From the IMG/VR virus record IMGVR_UViG_3300044212_000089: 20,000 nt of DNA; one strand, written 5' to 3'. Below are positions 9,001 to 17,330 of this stretch, piece after piece (position 1 is the stretch's first letter; each line of letters starts with the position of its first letter). Both the position numbers and the translations under genes were made by a program. This DNA is from an uncultured virus (IMG/VR IMGVR_UViG_3300044212_000089) (Duplodnaviria > Heunggongvirae > Uroviricota > Caudoviricetes). The notes beneath the pieces are model-generated. The model saw nothing but the letters and a program-made list of their open reading frames with translations, searched no databases and was not told the DNA's origin.

Positions 9001-9172
9001 CAACAAGGAGGGGAAACCGTATGAAGCACCAGACGATTTGGATTCTCCGAAAGTCGCCAGCGACAATTTCACAAGCTATCGATATCCAACAGAAGCGCCA
9101 AGAAGCGGAATGATGGTAGCCGATGGCAAAGTAACGTTCGGTGAAAAGAAGGACAGCGATTCTAAAAAGTAG
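6077..9172 (+). CDS. hsdR: Type I R-M restriction subunit R
   Basis: Nuclease motif DLCLFINGLPVVTIELKN, Walker A HSAGSGKS, IIIDEAH, FTATP, FQTGFDEP, QTLSRLNR. ATG 6077 follows GAGGAGG. Confidence 0.95.
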   Translation: MAFTDKTERGFETIIVNWLVEQNGYEQGTNDDYSKEYAVDETRLFRFLNDTQPREMAKLGVNNSDQKKRQFLNRLSGEIAKRGIIDVLRNGVKAYPADLIMFYFTPTENNEKSKQMFEKNIFSVTRQLRYSIDASKLALDLCLFINGLPVVTIELKNHFTGQSTADAVEQYKEDRDPRDTMFSFKRCMVHFAVDDQTVMFCTKLAGKDSWFLPFNKGYNDGAGNPPNPDGIMTDYLWKDILTKWKLSRIIENYAQVVVDEDPDTKKKTVKQIWPRYHQLDCVEKLLTDVKQNGVGKRYLIQHSAGSGKSNSIAWLAHQLIGLEQDGHPMIDSVIVVTDRRILDKQIRDTIKQFMQVKNTVVWAQHSGDLKKAIQDGKRIIITTVEKFPYISQEIGQEHINNHFAIIIDEAHSGQSGRNSANMNLALSGMASDNEMDNEDKINAIVEGRKLVKTASYFAFTATPKNKTEEVFGTPYEEDGEIKHRPFHVYTMKQAIQEGFILDVLKNYTAIDSWYKIAKKVEDDPMFDKKRAQKKLRSFVEGNPDVIAKKAAMMVDHFHEQIIAKKKLNGKSRAMVVTASIPRCIETYYAINKCLADRHSPYKAIIAFSGECKYNGQEPALTSAGLNGFPDAKIPKEFKKDPYRLLVVADMFQTGFDEPLLQTMYVDKPLYDIAAVQTLSRLNRAAPGKDEVYVLDFANKTSTIQDAFSKFYRTTILSGETDPNKLYDLITLMESYQVYDADDVEHVVDLFLGGAERDRLDPLLDPCVATYNELETDDQIKFKSAAKSFVRTYGFLGSILPYGNVDWEKLSIFLNLLIPKLPSPREDDLSEGILSTIDLDSYRNEAQEAVAIKLEDEEAEIAPVPAGKVGHNVEPELDPLSKIIMDFNDMFGNIQWNDADNVQRQILQIPAMVSRDEKYQNAMKNSDEQEARTESERALQKVIFSIMADNMELFKQFQDNPSFKKWLTNMVFNMTYNKEGKPYEAPDDLDSPKVASDNFTSYRYPTEAPRSGMMVADGKVTFGEKKDSDSKK

Positions 9173-9201
9173 ACAGACGCAAATGAAGGGAGGCAGCAAG
9201 C

Positions 9202-10131
9202 GTGGAGTTATCCAAAACTGTAAAGGACAAGACATTCGATGATTACTTTACAGAGGTGGAGCATTCCGAGACGATCAGCGGAATGGTACGCCCTGGTTCT
9301 CTGCGCCTTTTTTGCCTCAACGTCAGAAACGGAAACATCAAATCATCCGATCTTGAGAAATTTACCATGCTCAACATCGGGCAGTATGTGTTCTCTCGGG
9401 CAAAGCAGGAGAACTATCGGAATACAGGCAATTTCGACCTTGTGACACAGCAAGCCCTGAGAGCCATGAGAAAAAGCGCCAAGGCTCGAGACATTGATGC
9501 AGGAGAAACGCTCGGCGAGATCATGGTCTATGCTGTCATGGAAGAAAAGCTTAATGCTCATAAGCTCCTCAGCAAAATCGAACTCAGCGCAGATGCTGCG
9601 CAGTATGCGAGCGAGGCCGACGGCATTCATTTCCTGTGCAGGGACGGCAAAACGATCCTCTCCAATCAGATGGTATTCGGTGCGTCGAGCGTCACTGGAG
9701 ACATCAAGGACGCCATTGACATCGCTTTTGAGAAGATATCTCGTATTGCAAATCACGAGGATGAAGAGCTGCTTCTCGTAGAGAAAACAGCACTTGATCG
9801 CTTCTATGAAGAAGACGACCTGAAAGTCCTGACCAGCTACGTTATCCCGGAGGAGCACAAAAACGCTGCCTACGGTACATCCTTCGGAGTGTTCCTCGGA
9901 TATTCTCTTGGCCTGATCCCGGACGGCTATGACGATGACCAGTTCCGGGACCGCATGCATAAGAAAATGATTCGCGACATCAACGCGCACGAAGAATACA
10001 TAGCTCAAAAGATACGCGATGCAAAACTGCAGAATCACTCGTTCTATTTCTTCACGTTGCCTCTTAATCAGGCCAGGGAGGAAAGTGACTTGATCATGCA
10101 GCATGTTCTGGAAGGAGATGTCGACCTATGA
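9202..10131 (+). CDS. hamA: DUF1837 / Hachiman HamA-like protein (atypical active site)
   Basis: GETLGEIMVYAVME..LNAHKLLSKIEL...ADGIH...FGASS..GDIKDAIDIAF and the C-terminal FGVFLGY / HSFYFFTLP match DUF1837. ATGA overlap with the downstream Ski2-like helicase. Confidence 0.8.
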   Translation: MELSKTVKDKTFDDYFTEVEHSETISGMVRPGSLRLFCLNVRNGNIKSSDLEKFTMLNIGQYVFSRAKQENYRNTGNFDLVTQQALRAMRKSAKARDIDAGETLGEIMVYAVMEEKLNAHKLLSKIELSADAAQYASEADGIHFLCRDGKTILSNQMVFGASSVTGDIKDAIDIAFEKISRIANHEDEELLLVEKTALDRFYEEDDLKVLTSYVIPEEHKNAAYGTSFGVFLGYSLGLIPDGYDDDQFRDRMHKKMIRDINAHEEYIAQKIRDAKLQNHSFYFFTLPLNQAREESDLIMQHVLEGDVDL

Positions 10132-12861
10132 CCGTTGAAAAGAGAACACTTGGGTCGGTCATCTTCGCCGGCATCGACAGCAATCCATACCTTGGAACAC
10201 TGTATGCTCGGCTTCTGAAAGGCTATGGCTTGAGTCTCTTCAACTTGAATCAACGAAGCTCGACGGAGTTGTTCAACGCCAAGGAGAAAACCGACATTTT
10301 ACGGTTTGCCGACATTCTCTCCAAGTCGAATGATCCAGAGAAGGCAGACGCGCACAAGATATGGGCTCAGGAAATAGCCATACTGATGCATGAGATGTAT
10401 CCGCAGGATTCGCTCGTCAACCTTTACGCCGGAGACGTTTTCTCAAGCGTCGGTAACCACAAGGGACTCGAGCTTGTAAACAAGGACTATTCTGAGCCGC
10501 ATGCACTGGAAGAAATTTTCGCACAGTTCAGAGGCGATTACCTCACTATCCCCGCGGAACCTAGCCAGCGGTTCTTCGGAGAACAGAAGAACGCCTATGA
10601 CCATCTGACGGACGACTGCTTTAGCTACTCCGCGCCCACTTCGATGGGAAAATCCTTCATTATGAGGATGTTCATCAAGGACGAGATCATGCACGGGGCC
10701 CAGAAGAACTATGCGCTCATCGTCCCTACCAAGGCGCTGATAAACGAAGTCCGGGCAAAAGTCATAGACGATCTTGGCGGAGAAAAGAATACAGAGAAGG
10801 TCAACTACCTGAAGCTCCATAACTACAGCGTGGTGACAGCAGCAAGCGACATAGCTCTAGAGGACGATAACCGGAACTTCATCCTTGTCATGACGCCGGA
10901 GAGACTTCTTTACCTTCTGATAGCGAAGCCTCGCTTTGACCTGGATTATCTGTTCATCGACGAGGCCCACAAACTTTCAGGCAAGAACAGTCGAGCGCCT
11001 TTCTACTACAAAGTAGTCGACAAGCTCGTGCATCGCCAGAAGAAACCGCACTTCATCTTCGCATCGCCGAACATACCGAATCCGCAGGTCTATCTGAGAT
11101 TGATGCTCAATGCGGAGGAAGGCGATGAAGACGCTCTTGCAATCACATACTCGCCGGTTGTTCAGATCAAATTTCTTGTTGATCTGAAGAAAGGACGAAT
11201 CGAGGTTTATAACGACCACGCACTTGAAGATCAGTGCCGAATACTTCTCGCCAATGTGCGCGGCAGCGGTATTGAAGTGAATGACTTCCTGCTGGCTATC
11301 GAAACACAGAACAGGAAACTTTCCAAGGAAAAGCGTAAGCAGAGCATCGTTTACTACAACGGACGAGACAAGGCCATAAGGGCCGCCCACTCCTTCTATG
11401 AGCGGATAAAACCGAATGGCCCGAGAAATGATCCGCTTCTTGAGGCCTTGTCAAAGGACATTCAGGAAGAAGTCCATCAATGGTACTACCTCGCAGAAAT
11501 GGTACGTTATGGCATTGCTTACCACATCGGTTATCTTCCGGCATCAATAAGGGCACGGATCGAGGAGCTTTTTAAATCCGGGAACATCACGGTAATGTTC
11601 TGTACCAGTACGCTGTTGGAGGGCGTCAATCTCCCGGCGGACAATCTGTTCATCATGGAGAACAAGATATTCCTCAGCGAGATGAATACCATTGATTTCC
11701 GTAATCTCATAGGCCGAGTGGGCAGGATCAGCTTCAACCTCTTTGGGAATGTCTACTTTGTAGCGGAACGCAACAGCAAGATAACGACAGATGACTATGT
11801 ACGTATGCTTGGGCAGGAAATTCCAGAGCAGTCGCTTTCTATTGCTACTGATCCGAATGTGCTCAAGAAGGTCGAGAAACAGTATGTCGCCGATATTCTC
11901 AAAAGCGGGAAGTCGGAAATACCACGCCGTGTGAACGCTGATGGCAAAGCTATGCAGAGCGAGGAATCCTATGAGATGATGCGCAGATTCGCGACTATTC
12001 TTCAGGGAGACATTGTTCACGAGCGGGATACGCTGGTGCGTCGTGAATTCAAAGACTTCTTGACGCCAGCCGATGAGGAGTTCATCCGGGATACCTTCAA
12101 AGACGCCGAAGTCAAGCCTGATGACGACATCAATACGTCGGTAGATCAGACAACAAGCCTTATTGCAGCTATCCGAAGGGAGCGAAACCCGCTGCGTTAT
12201 CCAGATCTTGTTGATGGGAAGTTCGTATATGACGATGTGCTTGCTTTTCTCGACGAACTTGCAGAAGTGTTCAACTGGGAGGAGTACGAGGCCGGTACGC
12301 TCGGAAAACCATCACTGCGCAGATGGTACGCCGTGATCCTCTGCCAGTGGATGGACGGCGGCGGGTTGAAGTTCATCATGGACAGGGCTCTTGAATACCA
12401 TCAGAACCACCCATACCCATTCTGGATCAACAAGCATGGGTCTCCGATAACGTACAATTACCTTTCCGACGAGCCATCACAATGCCGTATTCGGAGACAC
12501 GCTTGAGGTTATTGAGAACATCATCCTTTACAGCATTTCGAACTATTTCCTTCGATTCTCCAACGAGTACAGGAAAATCAGAGGAGACGAGGCACTCAAC
12601 CGGAACGATTGGTATGAATACGTGGAATTCGGTACGACGAATCCGCTGACGATCCTGCTGCAGCGCAGCGGCTTTTCCAGAGAATCCGCTCGCTACATAA
12701 AAGAGCACCACGAGTATGTCATAAGGGACGGTAGCACAGGCCAGCTGAAACTTAGCCCTGCTCTTGCTCGGTGTGGTAATACGGATGTACGTAATGAAGT
12801 CATATACATACGGCAGAACTCACCGGAGATTTTTGAAGCCGATAATAATGATGAGGGATAA
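10128..12861 (+). pseudogene. hamB: Hachiman HamB-like DEAD/DEAH (Ski2-like) helicase with a +1 frameshift near 12474
   Basis: SAPTSMGKS, IVPTKALINE, TPER, IDEAH, YHIGYLP, STLLEGVNLP, GRVGR. Frame 1 stops at 12506, but the +1 frame from 12475 reads HHNAVFGDTLEVIENIILYSISNYFLRFSNEY...DWYEYVEFGTTNP to TAA 12861. Removing one base gives 910 aa. Confidence 0.8.
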
Positions 12862-12866
12862 AGACT

Positions 12867-15221
12867 ATGCAGAAAATTGACAAAACAGACACGCTCAAAA
12901 CAATCCTGAGTGGTCGCAAGTACACCGTCGATTATTTCCAGCGGGAATACCGGTGGGGGCAGAAGCAGATCGAGCAGATGCTCGCCGACTTCCAGAGCAC
13001 ATTTGAGGAATTTTATGATCCGGATGATCATGATACGCCGGAAGAAGTCATGAACTATGGCTTTTACTATATGGGATGCATTATCTGTACTGGCGGTTCC
13101 GTAAAGAAAATCATCGATGGCCAGCAGCGTCTGACCTCGCTAACACTTCTCATCATCTATCTGAACAACCTGCAAAAAGAAACTGTCAAGGATGAGAATC
13201 TCCTTGTCCCGCTGGATGACATGATCTATTCAAAGGCTTTCAGTAAGAAGAGCTTCAATATCGATGTGGCTGACCGTGGAACTTGCATGCAGGCTCTATT
13301 GCAAAAAGATGAGACTTATGTGCCAGTGAATGAGAGCTCACAGAATATGCTTGACCGGTATCAGGACATAGAGGACATCTTCCCTGACGAGCTGAAGGAG
13401 GAAGCGCTTCCTTACTTTATTAACTGGCTGATAGAGAAGGTCCTCCTTCTGGAGATCGACACACCGTCTGACGACGAAGCACACACGATTTTCCTGACAA
13501 TGAATGACCGAGGCCTGAGTCTGAACAGCGCCGAGATGATGAAGGCTTACATCATCCAGCAGGTTGAAGAAGCTGACCGCATTGAGGTAAATCGGAAGTG
13601 GCAGGACAACATCAACCGTATCAAGAACGCTTCTTCTTACGATACGAGCGGCATGGTGAATACGCAGGACGTTGAATTCATCTCTATCTGGCTTCGCGCA
13701 AAATATGCCAATTCCCTGCGAGATACCAAGCGCGGCGCTAAAGATGAGGATTACGAACTTCTCGGCGACAAGTTCCATACCTGGGTACGCAACAACGCCC
13801 GGACGGCGATGGGCCTTGTAAAGCCGAAGGACTACAAGGAATTTGTTCTCACTGAAATGACACGTGTCACTGATATCTATCTTCGGATGAAAGGCTATGG
13901 CAGCAAGCTGACGCCCGGATATGAAGAGGTCTTCTACAATGCAAACCGCGACCTGACCTACCAGACCATGCTTGCCATCGCTGCCATTAAAAATGACGAC
14001 ACGGACGACATCGTACAGAAGAAAATACAGATGACCGCAAAGTTCGTGGACGACTTTGCCACCATCCGAATCCTGAATTTCAAGAAGGTTAACTGGAACA
14101 CGAATAAGTATTTGCTGTTTCATGCGATGCAGGATATCCGCAATGAGGACTGTAAGACGATCGGCATGGTCTATGTCCGTACACTCCGCCGTATGGACGT
14201 GACCGTCGAGGGAATCACCAGGTTCAGTCTGAACCGGTTCTCCGGACGTTACATGCTTCACATCCTCGCGCGCTTCACTTCCTATGTGAATGTGCTGATG
14301 GGCAATCCGTCGCATTTCGAGGAGTACGTTGACCGCAAGCGTCAGGGAAACACTTACGATATTGAGCATATCCTTCCGGACAAGTACGAGGACTACGAGG
14401 ACAGCTTCACCGACTACGAGGATTTCGAATCCACCAGGAATCAGATCGGAAACCTGATCCTGCTCACCCGAGACAAGAACAGAAGCTATCAGGCAATGAA
14501 ATACTCCGAGAAGGTCCAGAAGTACATGGGAGACAACATCCTTGCTCAGGCGTTGAACGACACAGCTTACACGAACAATCCGAAATTCCTCACGGTCGTT
14601 AACGAGTACGGCTTTCATGCGATTCCTGACTTCAGTAAGCAAAGCATCGCAGACCGGGCTGAGATCTATCTGAGAATGGCAAGTGACATCTGGAATCCGG
14701 ATGCCATTAAGGAAATCGTTGGTGGATGGGCCGATGACGATGAGAAGGACTTCTTCAAGAACGAGAAGGGCCGTGAATTTACAGTCGGCTATGCAGAAAG
14801 AAGCTGGCCAGACGCGCTGAAATACGGATTCCTGTCCGCGAACCTTGGCGGCAGCGGGAAATCTATTTATAACGTTCAGGTCGGAGACACGGTTTATTGC
14901 CATATCGCTGGATATGGCTTTGTAGGTATTGGCGAATGCACATCAACCGCTGTGCCGATGAAGAACTTCAAGGTGATGGTCGACGGCACTTCAACTCCTG
15001 TTGCAGACGCGCCGTGGGAATCCGAGGAATCCAAGGAGAAACTCGATCCCAACAAGGAAGTATTTATCGGAGTTGCATGGAAGAAATATGTGACGGATAT
15101 TAATGGTGGCTACTGGGAGAAGGGAATGACGACAGTCCCGCTTGTAGCCTACATGCTTAATGATAAGACGACGCATCAGAAGGTCAGAGATCATTTCGGA
15201 TACACCGACAGTGCCGATTAA
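12867..15221 (+). CDS. GmrSD-family (DUF262 + DUF1524/HNH) modification-dependent restriction protein with an extra C-terminal domain
   Basis: DUF262 motifs FQREYRW, IIDGQQRLT, FLTMNDRGLSL. DUF1524 motifs DIEHILP...NQIGNLILL...N. Additional ~150-aa C-terminal domain. Confidence 0.88.
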   Translation: MQKIDKTDTLKTILSGRKYTVDYFQREYRWGQKQIEQMLADFQSTFEEFYDPDDHDTPEEVMNYGFYYMGCIICTGGSVKKIIDGQQRLTSLTLLIIYLNNLQKETVKDENLLVPLDDMIYSKAFSKKSFNIDVADRGTCMQALLQKDETYVPVNESSQNMLDRYQDIEDIFPDELKEEALPYFINWLIEKVLLLEIDTPSDDEAHTIFLTMNDRGLSLNSAEMMKAYIIQQVEEADRIEVNRKWQDNINRIKNASSYDTSGMVNTQDVEFISIWLRAKYANSLRDTKRGAKDEDYELLGDKFHTWVRNNARTAMGLVKPKDYKEFVLTEMTRVTDIYLRMKGYGSKLTPGYEEVFYNANRDLTYQTMLAIAAIKNDDTDDIVQKKIQMTAKFVDDFATIRILNFKKVNWNTNKYLLFHAMQDIRNEDCKTIGMVYVRTLRRMDVTVEGITRFSLNRFSGRYMLHILARFTSYVNVLMGNPSHFEEYVDRKRQGNTYDIEHILPDKYEDYEDSFTDYEDFESTRNQIGNLILLTRDKNRSYQAMKYSEKVQKYMGDNILAQALNDTAYTNNPKFLTVVNEYGFHAIPDFSKQSIADRAEIYLRMASDIWNPDAIKEIVGGWADDDEKDFFKNEKGREFTVGYAERSWPDALKYGFLSANLGGSGKSIYNVQVGDTVYCHIAGYGFVGIGECTSTAVPMKNFKVMVDGTSTPVADAPWESEESKEKLDPNKEVFIGVAWKKYVTDINGGYWEKGMTTVPLVAYMLNDKTTHQKVRDHFGYTDSAD

Positions 15222-15259
15222 ACCTTTCAACGATAGCCATACTTTTTAACGATTGCAGA

Positions 15260-16345
15260 ATGGGGGTGTCGCTTTTGACCACAGAAGCCACGGCAACATA
15301 TACATACAGGGCCACAGACGCGATCCCGCTCTATGCCCTGAAAAGCAGAAAAGCCCAGAAACAGCATGGTTTCCGGGCTAACAGCACGTACGGGCATTGT
15401 ATCAAAGATGAGGTCTTGATAGACCCTTGTTGCGGATCCGGCGCATTTCTAGTAAGAGCTATGACTGATGCAATGGATGATTGCGACACAGATTTTGAAC
15501 GCCGCCATGTCAAAGAACATCAAATTTATGGCATCGAATATGAAGAGGGCGCTTTCGGGCTTTCATCTACCAACATGCTTATTCATGGAGATGGAAACAG
15601 TAATGTCGTTAAAGATTCCATGTTTAACAGAGGAGACTGGATTCGTAATAAAAATATAGACATCGTGCTTATGAATCCTCCTTATAATGCCACGAAGAAT
15701 CAATGTGACCCAACTTATGTGAGGAAATGGAACTCCAAAAAGAAAGCTTCCGATCCCTCAAAAGGTTTCCACTATGTAGAGTGGGTAGCTCGACAGATCT
15801 CTACGAATGCAAAAGGAGGAGACGTTCCTACACATTGCCGTATGGCGGTGCTTCTTCCAATGCAATGCGCGATTGGTAATTCTACCGCAGTAAAAGATTT
15901 CAAAAAAAAGATGCTGAGCCATTATACCCTTGACGCCGTGTTTTCATTGCCAACAGAAGTATTTTATCCTGGTGCGTCAGCCGTTGCCTGCTGTATGATC
16001 TTTGACCTATCCCAAAAACATGAGCGAGCCGATCGAGACACTTTCTTCGGGTATTTTAAAAATGATGCTTTCATAAAACGAAAGGGAGTTGGACGTGTCG
16101 AGACGACGGATGAAAGCGGGAAAAGCAACTGGGAAGGAATTGAGCGAGAGTGGCTGTGGCTATATCGAAACAGATGTTCGAAACCAGGTTTGTCAATTAC
16201 CCATAAAGTGGGATGGGACGATGAATGGCTCGCCGAAGCATACATGCAAACCGATTACAGCACTCTTTCCATTTCTGATTTTCAACAAACAGTGAATGAC
16301 TATGTAGCATACCTTGTGCAAGAAGGTAAAATTTATGAAGATTAA
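15260..16345 (+). pseudogene. N-terminally truncated N6-adenine DNA methyltransferase (Type IIB/IIG, BcgI-alpha-like or HsdM-like)
   Basis: Motif I DPCCGSGAFL at residue 55, IYGIE, TNMLIHGDG, motif IV LMNPPY, SLPTEVFYPGA. The first ~50 aa show no MTase features, there is no motif X (GQxFTP) and ATG 15260 has no clear RBS. Confidence 0.75.
15398..15423. other. Putative att (recombination) junction
   Basis: Imperfect inverted repeat TATCAAAGA-TGAGG-TCTTGATA (15400-15421), exactly where recognisable MTase sequence (DPCCGSG, from 15422) begins. A second inverted repeat, AGCCCAGAAAC/GTTTCCGGGCT, lies at 15352-15379. Confidence 0.45.
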
Positions 16346-16835
16346 TATAGATGGATGGCTGGAATACACATTTGATTATCTTTTCCGCATCAAAAAGGGC
16401 AAGCGCCTTATCAAGGAGGATATGACTCCAGGGCCGTATAACTATTTAGGCGCGATAAGCTCAAATAACGGGGTGAGAGACCATATTCTGGTAGAGACCA
16501 AATCGCTTTTCCCTGAAAACTGTATAACGGTTAATTACAATGGAAGCGTCGGAGAAGCCTTCTACCAGTCTGAGCCTTTCTGGCCATCTGACGACGTCAA
16601 TATATTATACGCAAGAGATTGGTGGTCATTGGATCCCACACTTGCAATGTTCATAATCACCGTGATAAAGGCAAACAAATATAAATTCGATTATGGTCGA
16701 AAGTGGACAGTAGAAAAAATGAAGGATTCAACCCTTTTACTGCCAAGTAAAAATGGAGAGCCGGATTGGGATGCAATGAGAGAAATAATTCAAGCGCTAC
16801 ATAATCAAAGATTCCTAGAACAATCAGTCTCTTAA
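16335..16835 (+). CDS. Single-TRD restriction-modification specificity (S) subunit (166 aa)
   Basis: WLEYTFDYLFRIKKGKRL...SSNNGV...NGSVGEAFYQ...FDYGRKW...LLLPSKNGEPDWDAM resembles a BcgI-beta/HsdS TRD plus conserved helix. ATG 16335 overlaps the MTase end. Confidence 0.8.
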   Translation: MKINIDGWLEYTFDYLFRIKKGKRLIKEDMTPGPYNYLGAISSNNGVRDHILVETKSLFPENCITVNYNGSVGEAFYQSEPFWPSDDVNILYARDWWSLDPTLAMFIITVIKANKYKFDYGRKWTVEKMKDSTLLLPSKNGEPDWDAMREIIQALHNQRFLEQSVS

Positions 16836-16897
16836 ATCTTTTGCGTGCAAAGTCATGATCTTGAATCATCTCATCACGGAGTTCTATACTCAAAGTC

Positions 16898-17185
16898 ATG
16901 GCTTTGCATGTACAGTTAAATAGTTATCCAGAATGTTTCAAAACTTCATCTGTAGATTCATAAAAGAGTCTCAACTATGTATTCGGTAAAAATGGAAGCG
17001 GGAAAAGCGCTCTGGCAAAAGAGCTTATTGAACAAAATGGGAATGAATATAAAGCTTATTTATACGATGGATCAGATGGAGTCATCAAAGATAAAGAGGG
17101 AAAGGATAAAGCAGGGCTGAATTGCATCCTTCTCGGCAAAAAGAACGTCAAAATTGATGGGCTCATCGAAGAGCAACAGCAATGT
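16898..17185 (+). pseudogene. AAA_13 / RloC-like P-loop ATPase remnant (internal stop, 3' truncated)
   Basis: Not in the ORF track. ATG 16898 reads MALHVQLNSYPECFKTSSVDS*KSLNYVFGKNGSGKSALAKELIEQ...LNCILLGKKNVKIDGLIEEQQQ. TAA at 16961-16963, Walker A GKNGSGKS at 16985-17008. Plausible coding character ends at the GC shift near 17185. Confidence 0.7.
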
Positions 17186-17330
17186 AGAGCCGCGAAAAAA
17201 CGCCGAAAAACGCATACGGGTACTAGCCGGCGCATACGGCGCACATGTCATTTTCAGAGCAATAAAGTATCGATTCCGCTCTTCCTCGATGCACGGGCGG
17301 CATGCGTTCGCCCGACGCATATGCCCGTAT

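Larger units (their letters stand above)
1..15410. mobile_element. Right-hand part of a prophage/ICE-like element carrying defence cargo
   Basis: Phage/ICE-type sigma-like gene and Xis-like HTH, dense defence cargo, non-coding terminal region (15222-15410) ending in a palindrome, then an abrupt GC drop and a truncated gene. No integrase is visible in the window. Confidence 0.55.

Noticed and set aside
6479..10104. Minus-strand ORFs of 224-314 aa opposite hsdR and hamA
   Set aside because: Antisense shadows with no protein-family features.
12451..12506. Programmed frameshift or phase variation in hamB
   Set aside because: No slippery heptamer, homopolymer tract or tandem repeat at the site.
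12622..12861. 79-aa ORF as an independent gene
   Set aside because: It is the out-of-frame C-terminus of hamB; the frame is open and HamB-like from 12475.
13338..14903. 521-aa minus-strand ORF
   Set aside because: Antisense shadow of the motif-rich GmrSD gene; no recognisable motifs.
16848..16900. 10-bp direct repeat CAAAGTCATG (16848 and 16891)
   Set aside because: Flanks only 33 nt with no IS features; cannot be distinguished from chance or a small duplication.
17154..17330. 59-aa N-terminal extension of the SNF2 ORF
   Set aside because: It crosses the GC junction and overlaps the ATPase remnant; the SNF2 Q motif begins right after ATG 17331.
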